This document shows positions 31,183-40,985 of a stretch of DNA of 64,000 bases, one piece after another. Made by a program: the position numbers and the translations under genes. The DNA is from a virus (lineage: Duplodnaviria > Caudoviricetes). Below the pieces are notes generated by a model that was not told the DNA's origin, did no database searches, and was given only the letters and a program-made list of their open reading frames with translations. Position 1 is the stretch's first letter, and each line of letters starts with the position of its first letter. Location: IMG/VR virus record IMGVR_UViG_3300033075_001751, positions 32,001 through 96,000 of that record. One strand, 5' to 3'.

Positions 31183-31820
31183 CGTATCAATATCTTTTTC
31201 CTTGTGTTTGTTTCAACGTATACAACATTTTTGAGCAATTCTTCAAAGGGTATTTTTTTTGGATTGGTCCCCATGAGAATTTCTGTTAAAGGTTGATACC
31301 TTTTGATAGCTTCTTCTTCTTGATTAACACTTACTGTTTGTCCGCAAGTATCAAGATCCATGATAAAAGTATCGTACACCGTATGCTGCAAACCAGTGGG
31401 TTTACAGTAAAACATCACACTGTCCACCTGGTTTGAATCCCAATACATGCATACCTGGGTTTCTACCGGCACTTCTCCGTACATGTTGAATATACCCATC
31501 AGCGGTACAGAAAGCAATGCACAGGTGTCCCACAGCAAAAGATGACAGTCTGCTACCAACTGACATCCGATCATAGCAGATGAGGAATCAGAACATCCAA
31601 ATTGCATCAATCCTTCAAAACCTATTGCGCCTGCATAGGGGAGGGTCCAGCAATTGTACCTGTTTGCGTTATCACACGGCATAGGACAAAGACTGGTATA
31701 CGCTTCTCCGGTAGACCACAAAAAGTTGCCGGCAGGATTGTCGATTGATACGGTATCCTGCGGACATTGTGCGGCACACAGAAAAGGAATAAAAAACAAT
31801 ATGCAAACTAGATTTTTCAT
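31179..31820 (-). CDS. Secreted Cys-rich protein with Sec signal peptide and putative T9SS C-terminal sorting domain
   Basis: N-terminus MKNLVCILFFIPFLCAA-Q; C-terminus VSVNQEE...Y...ILMG...LLKNVVYV...TRKKILIR. Confidence 0.55.
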   Translation of the reverse strand: MKNLVCILFFIPFLCAAQCPQDTVSIDNPAGNFLWSTGEAYTSLCPMPCDNANRYNCWTLPYAGAIGFEGLMQFGCSDSSSAMIGCQLVADCHLLLWDTCALLSVPLMGIFNMYGEVPVETQVCMYWDSNQVDSVMFYCKPTGLQHTVYDTFIMDLDTCGQTVSVNQEEEAIKRYQPLTEILMGTNPKKIPFEELLKNVVYVETNTRKKILIR

Positions 31821-33007
31821 GAGCAGACAGCTATTGATGTCGAAGTTGCGAATACGTTATCCGGATTGTAAATGAATACTGAATCAGTAATTGCACAAAC
31901 CGTAGTATCAAGATCCCATCCCATCGGGAGTTCAACAAGGTTGCGACTGCAGTCAGTATACCAAACTGTTGCAGGTAGCGATCCATCTCCAGGATCAGCT
32001 CCGGTTATCAACTGATAGGTATTACAACCACAACAAGCACCGATTTCGGTTACATTGAATTCAGTTCCCGGTGTAGGTGTTGTCACCTGGCAAATTGTCA
32101 CGGTTGTCGTAATAGGCATCTGGTCGATTGTATCCAGCGTACCCATACAATCATTGTTGCTGAAAGTAGGGCAATTTTCCAGACCGGTAATATTTGCAGT
32201 TGCCTGTACAGGTGACCCGAGAGTAGGGGCAGGTAAAGTTGCAGTAGGGTATGCCTCGTAACCTGAACCTGCTGCGGTTACTGTAATTGATTTGACTTCT
32301 TGATCATCTGTATCGATGACATAGGTGAACAACGATCCTGCTCCAAGACCTGACAAATCAAGCGTCGCTCCTGCATCGGTGTATCCTGTTGAAGGAGTTG
32401 TTACGGTAACAACAACAATAGTTCCGTCACCATCAACAACAATTGTTGCTTTTCCACCGATCGCAACGGCAGCTTCAAGAATGTCTACACCGAGATAAGT
32501 TCCGGGAGTATATCCCGTTCCCCCTGTTGTGATTGCAATATTCTTTACTGAACCGGTACCGATAACAAGTGATGCTGCAGCAAGAGTTCCTGTACCGGTA
32601 ATGATTACGCCGGCAATAGGACTGAGCGAAACATCGTATCCAAAACCCGGATCTGTAATAGTAAATTCAGTTACTCCTCCGTTAAGACATTCGATTTCCC
32701 ATGCACGACACAAAGGAGTAATGACAAAAGGAAACGACCAGGCAACCCGACCTGTAGGGTCATCTTCGGTATAACATGCCGGTTGAATGTAACCTTCGTA
32801 TTCTTCGTTGGAACAAGATTCGGTATCAGGTACCGGAACACTTGCACAAGGAGTTGCCCCGATGGTAAATGTAAACACTTTTGGTGTTGCCAGTACATTC
32901 GCAGTACCATCTATCATGCAACAGTAATCGGTATCTCCAACCTTGCGGAAACAAATACGATGGTCTACATCGACCAACGGAGTGTATGTAATTGAAATTG
33001 TACTCAT
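31817..33007 (-). CDS. Structural (fibre/hub-like) protein with repeated 'ITxxGxGY' beta modules
   Basis: FTITDPGFGY, IAITTGGTGY, VTVTTPSTGY and ITVTAAGSGY repeats; Thr/Gly/Cys-rich. Confidence 0.6.
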   Translation of the reverse strand: MSTISITYTPLVDVDHRICFRKVGDTDYCCMIDGTANVLATPKVFTFTIGATPCASVPVPDTESCSNEEYEGYIQPACYTEDDPTGRVAWSFPFVITPLCRAWEIECLNGGVTEFTITDPGFGYDVSLSPIAGVIITGTGTLAAASLVIGTGSVKNIAITTGGTGYTPGTYLGVDILEAAVAIGGKATIVVDGDGTIVVVTVTTPSTGYTDAGATLDLSGLGAGSLFTYVIDTDDQEVKSITVTAAGSGYEAYPTATLPAPTLGSPVQATANITGLENCPTFSNNDCMGTLDTIDQMPITTTVTICQVTTPTPGTEFNVTEIGACCGCNTYQLITGADPGDGSLPATVWYTDCSRNLVELPMGWDLDTTVCAITDSVFIYNPDNVFATSTSIAVCS

Positions 33008-33507
33008 AAGGTTGTAACGATGATTGTGACACTATAGCAAGATCCTACGCTACAGGTAGTATTGACTTTGAAGTGATAGGTACTTCCTGAAGTAAGCGTA
33101 GAAATTGTTGCCGACAATGTAGACTGAGAAGGCAACAGTGTAAAAGAACCGGCTGATTCTTCTTTATATTCTACTTGATAAGATGTAGCCGAGGCAACTG
33201 CTTTCCAGCCGATCGATACGCTGGTTGCCGTTTTGGAAGTCATGAAAAGATAAGGGGTAGCTCCGCATGTTCCACCGGACAAACACGTTGGGTCTGTGGT
33301 AAGCAGAATCACCCGCTGCATCATTTCTGCAAACGTAGCATTTTCAGCAAGTCCGATTTCGTCAATCCCGAAGGTTTGAATCGTACACTGGGAACTTACA
33401 TACTCTTCGCATGCTGGTGAAGCAGCACATCCTATATTGTTACAAAGGTTGTCAACCGTTGTAACCGGCTGATCTTCACATCCACAATCGTTGTTTTTGC
33501 AGCTCAT
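33004..33507 (-). CDS. Cys-rich structural protein with C-terminal fibronectin type III domain
   Basis: TATSVSIGWKAV..ATSYQVEYK...TISTLTSGSTYHFKVNTTC matches FN3 consensus. Confidence 0.7.
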   Translation of the reverse strand: MSCKNNDCGCEDQPVTTVDNLCNNIGCAASPACEEYVSSQCTIQTFGIDEIGLAENATFAEMMQRVILLTTDPTCLSGGTCGATPYLFMTSKTATSVSIGWKAVASATSYQVEYKEESAGSFTLLPSQSTLSATISTLTSGSTYHFKVNTTCSVGSCYSVTIIVTTL

Positions 33508-33510
33508 AGT

Positions 33511-35049
33511 TTACAGGGTTCCGTCGGCTGATACCGAACTTGGTGCAATACAAGGAGTCGTAATGGTAGTTACCATATTCTGAGGACAAGTAGTAGTTAC
33601 ACCATTGATGGTCATGGACACTTGAATGATGTAGGAAGTACCAGAGGTAACATCAGGTGAATAGAAACCGCCTGATACTGGACCAACCGGCATATTCGAT
33701 TGCGTGATTGACGTAATCGGTACACCGTAAGAGCTGAGAAGCTGTACAGTGTAAGAAGCATTTGCGACTGTATTTGTGAATGACCACAAAATGTTGGTAG
33801 TAGAAGGAATGCTCAACAAGGATGGGCAAAGAGCTGTATTCCTAATGGTATAGCCATGTGAATCAGAACATTGTGATTGCGTCACTTGATCGAACAAACA
33901 GCTTTTAAGATCAAGAACCAAATCTGTTGACAGATTGAGACCTTTGCCGGCAAGGGATATTACAACAATACCGTTGATGTTTGCTTTGAGAGGTACAAAC
34001 GTTTGATAGATGTGACCGTAACCATCCGTAACCCGCAACAGTGATCCACTACCGCAATCCGAGAAAGAAGTCGGAATGGACCCAACCAAGTAAAGACTAA
34101 GGTTTTGCGCGATGGCATCAAGTGAAGCCGTCATGGTTACCGAAACAGATGCACAACCTCCGACACAGCAAGTTTCTTTGATATTTTTTACAGCTGCCCT
34201 CAAATCACAAAGCATGATGTAAATATTTCCTATTGCATGAGATGCATTGCTGAAAACATTTTGAGTAGTCCATCCTGCAAGACTACCCATATTTGCATTT
34301 GTAGCAAGAGCTTGCTCGGCATCGATTCCTACACATTGTTTGTTGATGGCTTTGAAAATCTCGTTTTCGTTACCCAACGCTTTTACAATGTTACACAGCT
34401 GAATCTCAGTTTTTTCTACCAGGTCTGCAATTGAGACTTGTCCGGGAACAAGACACTGAGAATTGACAAGGGGCAATTGGGGTGTAGAAGGAGATGTAGT
34501 TTCCAACTGCTTGATTCTCTTTTCATGAGACTCAAGTGCAGAATTCATTGAAGAAGCTTTTTGCACTAACTCGCAAACCTTTCTTCCGATCACCAATGCA
34601 TATTCTGAAATATCCATGGTAGTAACCATTACACCATTACTTTCATATTGAAAGCATGCTGCGATCGATACTTCACAGGTAGGACAATCTACTCCAACAC
34701 CCGGTCTAGCTTGTGGATCTGGATCGGGCAAGGGAAGATTATTGGGATCTCCTATCGGACCGGTTACAACAACATTGTTGATTGCACAAAGTTTGGTAAT
34801 GATCAATTGGATCAAACTGCTAAAGTCAGATGGTTTCGGACATTCCGCAGCAAGGCAAGACAAGTCGTAATTTGAAAGATTGAACATTTCCAACAAATTG
34901 CAAAGCTGTGTTGCAAGCTTAAATACAACATCGGAAATAGCATCTCCTTTACAAAGATTGATACAAGGGATGTCCGGTCCCTGCCAGATGACACAGTTCG
35001 AAGATGTCGGGGTACAACCCACTTGGACGCTTTTGTTCACCGGTACCAT
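33511..35049 (-). CDS. Cys-rich structural protein (coiled coil plus Ig/FN3-like C-terminus), probable fibre/hub
   Basis: SSNCVIWQGPDIPCINLCKGD N-terminus, LESHEKRIKQLE coiled coil, TSGTSYIIQVS FN3-like end. Confidence 0.6.
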   Translation of the reverse strand: MVPVNKSVQVGCTPTSSNCVIWQGPDIPCINLCKGDAISDVVFKLATQLCNLLEMFNLSNYDLSCLAAECPKPSDFSSLIQLIITKLCAINNVVVTGPIGDPNNLPLPDPDPQARPGVGVDCPTCEVSIAACFQYESNGVMVTTMDISEYALVIGRKVCELVQKASSMNSALESHEKRIKQLETTSPSTPQLPLVNSQCLVPGQVSIADLVEKTEIQLCNIVKALGNENEIFKAINKQCVGIDAEQALATNANMGSLAGWTTQNVFSNASHAIGNIYIMLCDLRAAVKNIKETCCVGGCASVSVTMTASLDAIAQNLSLYLVGSIPTSFSDCGSGSLLRVTDGYGHIYQTFVPLKANINGIVVISLAGKGLNLSTDLVLDLKSCLFDQVTQSQCSDSHGYTIRNTALCPSLLSIPSTTNILWSFTNTVANASYTVQLLSSYGVPITSITQSNMPVGPVSGGFYSPDVTSGTSYIIQVSMTINGVTTTCPQNMVTTITTPCIAPSSVSADGTL

Positions 35050-35070
35050 CTGATCTCAAATTTAGTATTT

Positions 35071-36753
35071 TTAGCAACACCCACAAGGGGTTTCATCATT
35101 ACATTCACCTGATGTAGGAAACCGCCCAAACTCTGCAAGCCTGAATCTTATTTCAGATACAGCCATTTGAATCAAAGGAGGTTTGACACTCATTATTCCC
35201 AATCTCTTCCACATCATTGTACGCTCCATAAGATTTGCGTAAGATGTAGCAGCTGTGACTTCACAGCTTGTCATCGTAGACTGGGAAAAGTCTTTAGCTA
35301 GTGTGTATCTTACTTGTTGATAAGGAGGAACGATCGGATCAGGAGCCGGCGTATCCAAACAACAATCACAGTCTTCCTTCGGTATTGTATCATAGTAAAG
35401 ATCTACACCGTTGAATTCTATGTCATGTGCAAAAGAACAACCCGTTTCAGCAATTTCTACAGACCAACACTGACAGTTTACAACTCCTTCTTCGACCTTG
35501 CATATCTTGATGATTTTACCGACAAAAAGTGCAAGAAGAGCGTTGGTTACAACATTTTGAATTTGGTTTTCACAATTGGTCAAAAGGTAACACACCTTTG
35601 ACTTACAATCAGAACAAGATCTGAGAGAATTTGTAATGATTACATCAGGAATGTATCCTATGCTTCCTATGCAATTGAAAAAAGAAGGAGTTACTTGCCA
35701 ACAACCGGGATGATCTACTAATGTTGGACCCGGACCCGTAACTTCTTGGAAAGAAACAACAGCTCCCACATAAGCAGAAAGATCTTCATCTGTATAAAAC
35801 GGAGCTTGGATTCCGTCACAATCAGTTAAAGTAAAACAGTTCACGACACCGGGATCCGGTGCAGCTATAATGTGGGAAACAATGTTGCCATTCAACAATG
35901 CTCGTTCTGTTCCTTCAAACCACTGGGACAACAAAAGCCCTTCGGAAAAAAGTACAGTTGATCCGTTAGTTGTAGAAATAGCAGTTATCGGTAATGCTCC
36001 TTCCATCATGGAGTTGCCTCGCACGATATCCCAACTTGCCCCGTTGTTACTACTTCGCGCAAGGGTTCCTCTGCTTCCGGACACCCACATATCCATGGGA
36101 CGACGCTTGTCAAAAGCCAGATCGGTAGACTGCAGCGAAAAGGTTTTGATAAACGTTACCCCAAAATCTCCTGATCTCCAGGTACCGTTTTCTCCTGCCG
36201 CTACAATCCAACCGTTAGCTTTGTTCAGATAAAGCCCAAAGATTTTACCGGGATAACCTTCTTCTCCGTAAAGTACTTCTCCTCCATTGAGAGCAGCCCA
36301 AGTTGATCCAGAATCTATACTTGCAAAAATCTTTCCGTCTGTTCCTGCAATACCTGACGTTCCATCAAAATAAAGAGAATACACCGGATTTCTGACGTTC
36401 CCGATAATATCCAGGTTTCCCGATGAATACCGGGCAATGATGCCGGAAGCGGTTGAAAGGATTGCTTCGATATAACCATCAAACGAAATAATCTGCCCCA
36501 CTGTCCACTCTTCCGTGAGAGACAGTGTTACAAATGTTCCAGTGGTGACATAGCTCCACGTTACACCAGCATCCAGTGTATAGATGACTGTATTTGCTTT
36601 ACATAGTCCAATTGCTACGTCAGTATTGCTGTCTGATACTGCAAGGTTGTTGATGACAATACCGGCAGGAATTGAACTTGTCATGTCTGTCCATGTCGCT
36701 CCGTTATCGGAAGACACAAACAAACTGTCAGCTGTGAGAGCGTATGTTTTCAA
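35071..36753 (-). CDS. BNR/Asp-box beta-propeller protein with Cys-rich C-terminal repeats; candidate receptor-binding protein
   Basis: Asp-boxes SSDNGATW, TLDAGVTW, SIDSGSTW, SGDFGVTF, SSNNGASW; two CxxLTxC...VGxxVx...CW repeats. Confidence 0.7.
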   Translation of the reverse strand: MKTYALTADSLFVSSDNGATWTDMTSSIPAGIVINNLAVSDSNTDVAIGLCKANTVIYTLDAGVTWSYVTTGTFVTLSLTEEWTVGQIISFDGYIEAILSTASGIIARYSSGNLDIIGNVRNPVYSLYFDGTSGIAGTDGKIFASIDSGSTWAALNGGEVLYGEEGYPGKIFGLYLNKANGWIVAAGENGTWRSGDFGVTFIKTFSLQSTDLAFDKRRPMDMWVSGSRGTLARSSNNGASWDIVRGNSMMEGALPITAISTTNGSTVLFSEGLLLSQWFEGTERALLNGNIVSHIIAAPDPGVVNCFTLTDCDGIQAPFYTDEDLSAYVGAVVSFQEVTGPGPTLVDHPGCWQVTPSFFNCIGSIGYIPDVIITNSLRSCSDCKSKVCYLLTNCENQIQNVVTNALLALFVGKIIKICKVEEGVVNCQCWSVEIAETGCSFAHDIEFNGVDLYYDTIPKEDCDCCLDTPAPDPIVPPYQQVRYTLAKDFSQSTMTSCEVTAATSYANLMERTMMWKRLGIMSVKPPLIQMAVSEIRFRLAEFGRFPTSGECNDETPCGCC

Positions 36754-36754
36754 T

Positions 36755-36967
36755 TTAGTTTTTCTGTACTCGATTTACAATCGGAGCCCTGGCATTACCC
36801 TGCAAAGGAGAATATCCGTTTGAATTCGGAACAGAGGTTCCTGTGTTCAATTGAGCTTCATAAACAGGAAGACAAAATGAACATACAGTTGCTCCGTTGG
36901 AAGCTGTTCTGATTTTTGCCCCTGAACAGGTTATACAAGCTTTGCAATTTGGACATTTACTAGCCAT
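36755..36967 (-). CDS. Small Cys-rich (zinc-finger-like) protein
   Basis: CPNC..CITC...VCSFC; tightly packed in the operon. Confidence 0.6.
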   Translation of the reverse strand: MASKCPNCKACITCSGAKIRTASNGATVCSFCLPVYEAQLNTGTSVPNSNGYSPLQGNARAPIVNRVQKN

Positions 36968-36981
36968 ATTCTTATCGTAGA

Positions 36982-37539
36982 TTAATTACAAACATCGTTA
37001 CACCCACAAATTTGCGCAATTCTGCGGATGTTTTTCAATGCAAAAGTATACATTTCCATACCTTTAGCCGGCTTGTGACATACTTCTACATTTGCTTTTG
37101 CTGCTTTCAACATCATTTCCCATTCTGACAACTCTCTCAATACCGACAGGATTTTTGGTTCAGGAAGGCAAGTACGCAAATCCAGACAGCAAAGAATCGA
37201 TCGGATGGATCGTAATGCATTTGTAATCCGCAGGTAATTGTATTCAACATACACCACATCGTTGGGTGACACACTCCATTTTACAACATAGACTCCATCT
37301 ACCAGACTCATCGGTGTATCACAGCCGGTTGTTTGTGAGCCCATGCTGCATGCAGTTACTACCAGCGAAAAATTCTTGTTCAATCCCTCCCACTTGGAAG
37401 CATTCACCCAACCTGGTGCTGTAATCTGAAGAGTTGCACATTCATAGGGTAAAATATCAGAATAGACTGACATGTCTCGCACCATCATGGCGCAAGTGTC
37501 AAGTGTATCAGGAATTTCAAGTGAGAGGAGATGTTTCAT
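36982..37539 (-). CDS. Tail hub/structural protein
   Basis: 185 aa; RDMSVY...LQITAPG...DGVYVVKWSVSPNDVVYVEYNYLR; follows the capsid-gene terminator. Confidence 0.6.
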   Translation of the reverse strand: MKHLLSLEIPDTLDTCAMMVRDMSVYSDILPYECATLQITAPGWVNASKWEGLNKNFSLVVTACSMGSQTTGCDTPMSLVDGVYVVKWSVSPNDVVYVEYNYLRITNALRSIRSILCCLDLRTCLPEPKILSVLRELSEWEMMLKAAKANVEVCHKPAKGMEMYTFALKNIRRIAQICGCNDVCN

Positions 37540-37546
37540 AATCTTG

Positions 37547-37578
37547 AAAAAAGGGGAGAGGCAAGACCCCTCCCCTTT
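37547..37578 (-). terminator. Rho-independent terminator after the capsid genes
   Basis: Minus strand reads AAGGGGAGGGG-TCTTG-CCTCTCCCCTT followed by a T-run. Confidence 0.85.
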
Positions 37579-37604
37579 CAGTGGGATTTTATTTCAAGGT
37601 TGAA

Positions 37605-39155
37605 TTACGCAGGGCAAGAAGCTCCGCAAGTGACTTCCTCAAGAGCAGGACAGTTCGAGCAGGTTTCCAACCAGTCATTCAAGAAAGTCTCCAACAGAGG
37701 CTCCTCGTTGTCAGTGATGATGCATACGCTGTACATCGTATTTTCTGATACGGAAGTAGGGTTACCACTTGCCGCAACAGTGTACTCGATGTAATAGCGG
37801 TAGTACGTTGATGAACGATTCACCACATCGCGAATGTCATTGCCGAGGGTGATTTCGCGGATACGAAGATCATCTCCCTGGTAGAACCTGTTGGTCTTGT
37901 AAGACTCTGTGACGATGATATCGCGCAAAACAGTTTCACCAAAACCGGTAGCCATGCGAGGAGCACATTCTTTGACGATGCACAATCCTTCGAAAGTACA
38001 GTTGTCACCCACAAAGTCCATCTCCTGTGCCTTGACTTCCACCGGATACCGCTCATAGTAATCCGAAGTGTAGAAAGTACAGTTGGAAAAAGTTGTGTCG
38101 GTGTAAGCACCAGTGAGTGTCATACCTGCACAGGCACCATCAACGTGACCTGGAGAAACGTAAGTGTCCCATTCGTCAACACCACCGTTTGTACCAGGGG
38201 CGTACCAAGGCAAACCACTTTCGTCATACACGACAATATCAAGGAAAGGAGAAACAACCACCGAACCAAGAAGGCTGTTCGCCCATCCGATAAAGACCAA
38301 GGTAGAATCGACAGGAGCAACCGGATCATCCACAGGGCAACATCCGGTCCAAGTAGCTGGATGGAAGTAACCGTTACGACCGACATAGCGCATCATCGGG
38401 CTACCTTGCACATCCACGCGCAACGTATAGGATTGGTTGCAAAGGAATTCTTTGCAACAACCGCTTGTCGATGCACGAACAGAATCAGTTGTGATTGTGC
38501 CGGCAAGAGTTCCCGGGATCTGTCCAGGACCAGAACCGATCGGAATCGTCAAAACTTCTGCTCCTACATAACCAGTACCGGGGTTGGTAATGGTGACCGA
38601 AGAAATGTCAAAAGAGCCGTTGACGACAATCGTAACAATCAAACCTGTCCCGTTTCCACCTGTCGGTACAATACCGGTGTAAGTACCGGGAGTAGTGTAC
38701 GTTCCTGGAGAAGCAATGCTCGTTGTCAATACAGCACCTCCAGCAGTGTATGCAGTAGAGCCTACATGCACAATGCTTGGATTTGCAGTACAAGGATCAA
38801 CCCTGTAAAAACGCGATACGCGCTTAGGATCGATCACTTTGCTTTTGAAAGACTCTTGGTAGCCACCATGGAACTTTCCGATTTTGTCTTTCGAAATAAT
38901 CGATGCACTTGCCAAAACCAAGGGGCAACAATTGCTCGGAGCTGTCGTGACGACCTCCCAGGTTTTTGGGTCAAAAAACCCAAAAGATCCTTTTCCGAGA
39001 GTTGCTCCAATCAAATCTTGCGTACCATAGGTACCGCCGGAGATGAACCCGCTATTGACGGATTGATTCGCGTTGTGTCCAGGTTGACCGAACGCTGGAT
39101 TCACCTTGTTTCCGAGGTGGATCGTCTGGAGAGCTGTGATACTATCTGATCCCAT
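37605..39155 (-). CDS. Auxiliary capsid / major structural protein (516 aa)
   Basis: Highly-expressed-style codon bias, followed by a terminator; KIGKFHGGYQESFKSKVI and FLCNQSYTLRVDVQGSP blocks; position in the head module. Confidence 0.65.
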   Translation of the reverse strand: MGSDSITALQTIHLGNKVNPAFGQPGHNANQSVNSGFISGGTYGTQDLIGATLGKGSFGFFDPKTWEVVTTAPSNCCPLVLASASIISKDKIGKFHGGYQESFKSKVIDPKRVSRFYRVDPCTANPSIVHVGSTAYTAGGAVLTTSIASPGTYTTPGTYTGIVPTGGNGTGLIVTIVVNGSFDISSVTITNPGTGYVGAEVLTIPIGSGPGQIPGTLAGTITTDSVRASTSGCCKEFLCNQSYTLRVDVQGSPMMRYVGRNGYFHPATWTGCCPVDDPVAPVDSTLVFIGWANSLLGSVVVSPFLDIVVYDESGLPWYAPGTNGGVDEWDTYVSPGHVDGACAGMTLTGAYTDTTFSNCTFYTSDYYERYPVEVKAQEMDFVGDNCTFEGLCIVKECAPRMATGFGETVLRDIIVTESYKTNRFYQGDDLRIREITLGNDIRDVVNRSSTYYRYYIEYTVAASGNPTSVSENTMYSVCIITDNEEPLLETFLNDWLETCSNCPALEEVTCGASCPA

Positions 39156-39189
39156 AATGGTAATACTTATTGTCTTTGTACTTTATTTT

Positions 39190-39888
39190 TTAATTACCGC
39201 GATCCGCGTCTTTTTCATTACGCTGACTTTGCGGCATGTTTTCAATATCTCCGGCGATAATCGCGCAAGCTTCTGAAATAATCAACTCCATGATGTCCTC
39301 CTTGAATTCAAGGGTAGATTCAACTGTAGAAGTTGCAAGGGTATAAGGGTCTGCACTTCCGACAACTTGCATTTTCCTTGGTACCCTGTAATAGGTAAGA
39401 TCGATGGAAGTTGCTGTAAAGTCATCTTTGAAAACCTTTGCTTTGTTTCCCGCAAGAGTTACAAAAGTTTCGGTCCAATCCCAACTAGGTTTTCTTTCAG
39501 AATCCCTGAGCAGTTGAGAAACGTTCAATTCTTCTGCAAGCCATACTTTGAAAGGTTGTGGTTTAGCACAACACTCTGATGTTGCAGCCATGTCGATCCT
39601 TTTGAAAGCAAGATAATCAACCGGCAACGCAGATTCATAAAATGTTTCTCTGTCAATGAACGGTAGAGACACGGTTTCCAGTAATACCTGAAGATCATCC
39701 ACTCTACGACGAGATTGTTCGTCTCCCTGTCTTTGTGGGTTTAGCGGAGTAAGTTGCCTTCTCACCCATTCGATCTGACCCTTGTTGACAGCTTCAACAA
39801 TTTGCCATGTTTCAAGATTGTCCATATCGAGACTGTCAAGCTTATTCAGCCTTTCTTTGATCTTCAATATGACTGTTCCATTCAACAT
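39190..39888 (-). CDS. Head-tail ring/adaptor protein
   Basis: Likely start MLNGTV at 39888; RLNKLDS...AVNKGQIEW...RRVDDLQVLL...KPSWDWTET...YYRVP. Confidence 0.65.
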   Translation of the reverse strand: MLNGTVILKIKERLNKLDSLDMDNLETWQIVEAVNKGQIEWVRRQLTPLNPQRQGDEQSRRRVDDLQVLLETVSLPFIDRETFYESALPVDYLAFKRIDMAATSECCAKPQPFKVWLAEELNVSQLLRDSERKPSWDWTETFVTLAGNKAKVFKDDFTATSIDLTYYRVPRKMQVVGSADPYTLATSTVESTLEFKEDIMELIISEACAIIAGDIENMPQSQRNEKDADRGN

Positions 39889-39942
39889 GTTATTCTTGGT
39901 TCGGAAGGGTTTCCCCTTCCTCCCCACTCATCTACGAAAATC

Positions 39943-40968
39943 TTACCTGTTCCACCGCTCCTGGTACATTTCCAGCAACCTTTTTGCGATCGATCCATTT
40001 GCAGGGTTTTCAACAAAAGCAAGAACTTCTTCTTTTGTCTTACCCATTGCCGTATCATCGTGCAGCAAGTAGAACTGCTTGTCTTCTTTTTGGATAATAC
40101 TTTTGCGAGCAAGAGCATCCATTGTGACGACATAGGAATTCAGCGCAGCATTTTCCATTTTGTGGAATTTGATGAACTCGGCAGATGCCTTGTAACCAGC
40201 TTTCTCAAAATCAGTTTGACCATGAATGAACTGGTCGAGATCGAGATAGATAGTTTCCTGCGGAGTATTCTTGTTGTAGAACGCAGTTTGATTTCGTGTT
40301 ACACGAATCGCAACTGCAATCAACGCCATTTTAGCAGGGTGCTTGTCTTTCAGCGTTTGGAGGATCGAGATTGCCTCGTTACGCAAAACGACCGGTGCGA
40401 TATCGAATACTGCTGTTTCCATCGCCTCATCAAGATAATACTTGTTAGGCTTTGCCACTGACTCCGCTTCCTGCTTGCTTCTGTGAATCAGCGAGAAACC
40501 ACCTGCTTTGATTGCGCAGATCACCAACAAATCCATTGGGTCAGAAGAATCCAACCCTTTTGAAAAGTTGTCAACCGTCACCCGCACAGTGTTCCAAAAC
40601 TTGGCATTGCCGGGTTTCAAATGCACAACTTTGTTCCAGAACTCTTTGTCTTCCACATCAAGAACGTTGCCGGTAAGGGCTTTTTCAATGATGGCGACAT
40701 TGGTACGGATCTGAAGTCTTGCAGTTGCCTGAGCAGTTTTTTCCATCCGCCTGATTTCAGGTGCTTCTTCATCAAGACCTGTAACGTACCTGAGAACTCC
40801 GCTACCGGGCATTGTTTCAATGCAGGTCAACTGTTCTACTTGATAAGTTCCTTCATGAAGGATCAAATCGTGACGTTCCAGACCCATGTTTGCTACACCT
40901 GGTCTCATGTAGGGACGGATGTAATAAAACCCCGCTTTACTTTCTTCTTTCCTTTTTGGTGCTTTCAT
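39943..40968 (-). CDS. Conserved head-module protein (portal-vertex/capsid-associated)
   Basis: 341 aa; ANMGLE...RYVTGLDEEAPE...IKAGGFS; located two genes after the MCP. Confidence 0.55.
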   Translation of the reverse strand: MKAPKRKEESKAGFYYIRPYMRPGVANMGLERHDLILHEGTYQVEQLTCIETMPGSGVLRYVTGLDEEAPEIRRMEKTAQATARLQIRTNVAIIEKALTGNVLDVEDKEFWNKVVHLKPGNAKFWNTVRVTVDNFSKGLDSSDPMDLLVICAIKAGGFSLIHRSKQEAESVAKPNKYYLDEAMETAVFDIAPVVLRNEAISILQTLKDKHPAKMALIAVAIRVTRNQTAFYNKNTPQETIYLDLDQFIHGQTDFEKAGYKASAEFIKFHKMENAALNSYVVTMDALARKSIIQKEDKQFYLLHDDTAMGKTKEEVLAFVENPANGSIAKRLLEMYQERWNR

Positions 40969-40985
40969 TTTCGTAGATGATAATA

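Noticed and set aside
38145-39149. 334 aa plus-strand ORF antisense to the auxiliary capsid gene
   Set aside because: Same antisense-shadow artefact of a codon-biased gene.
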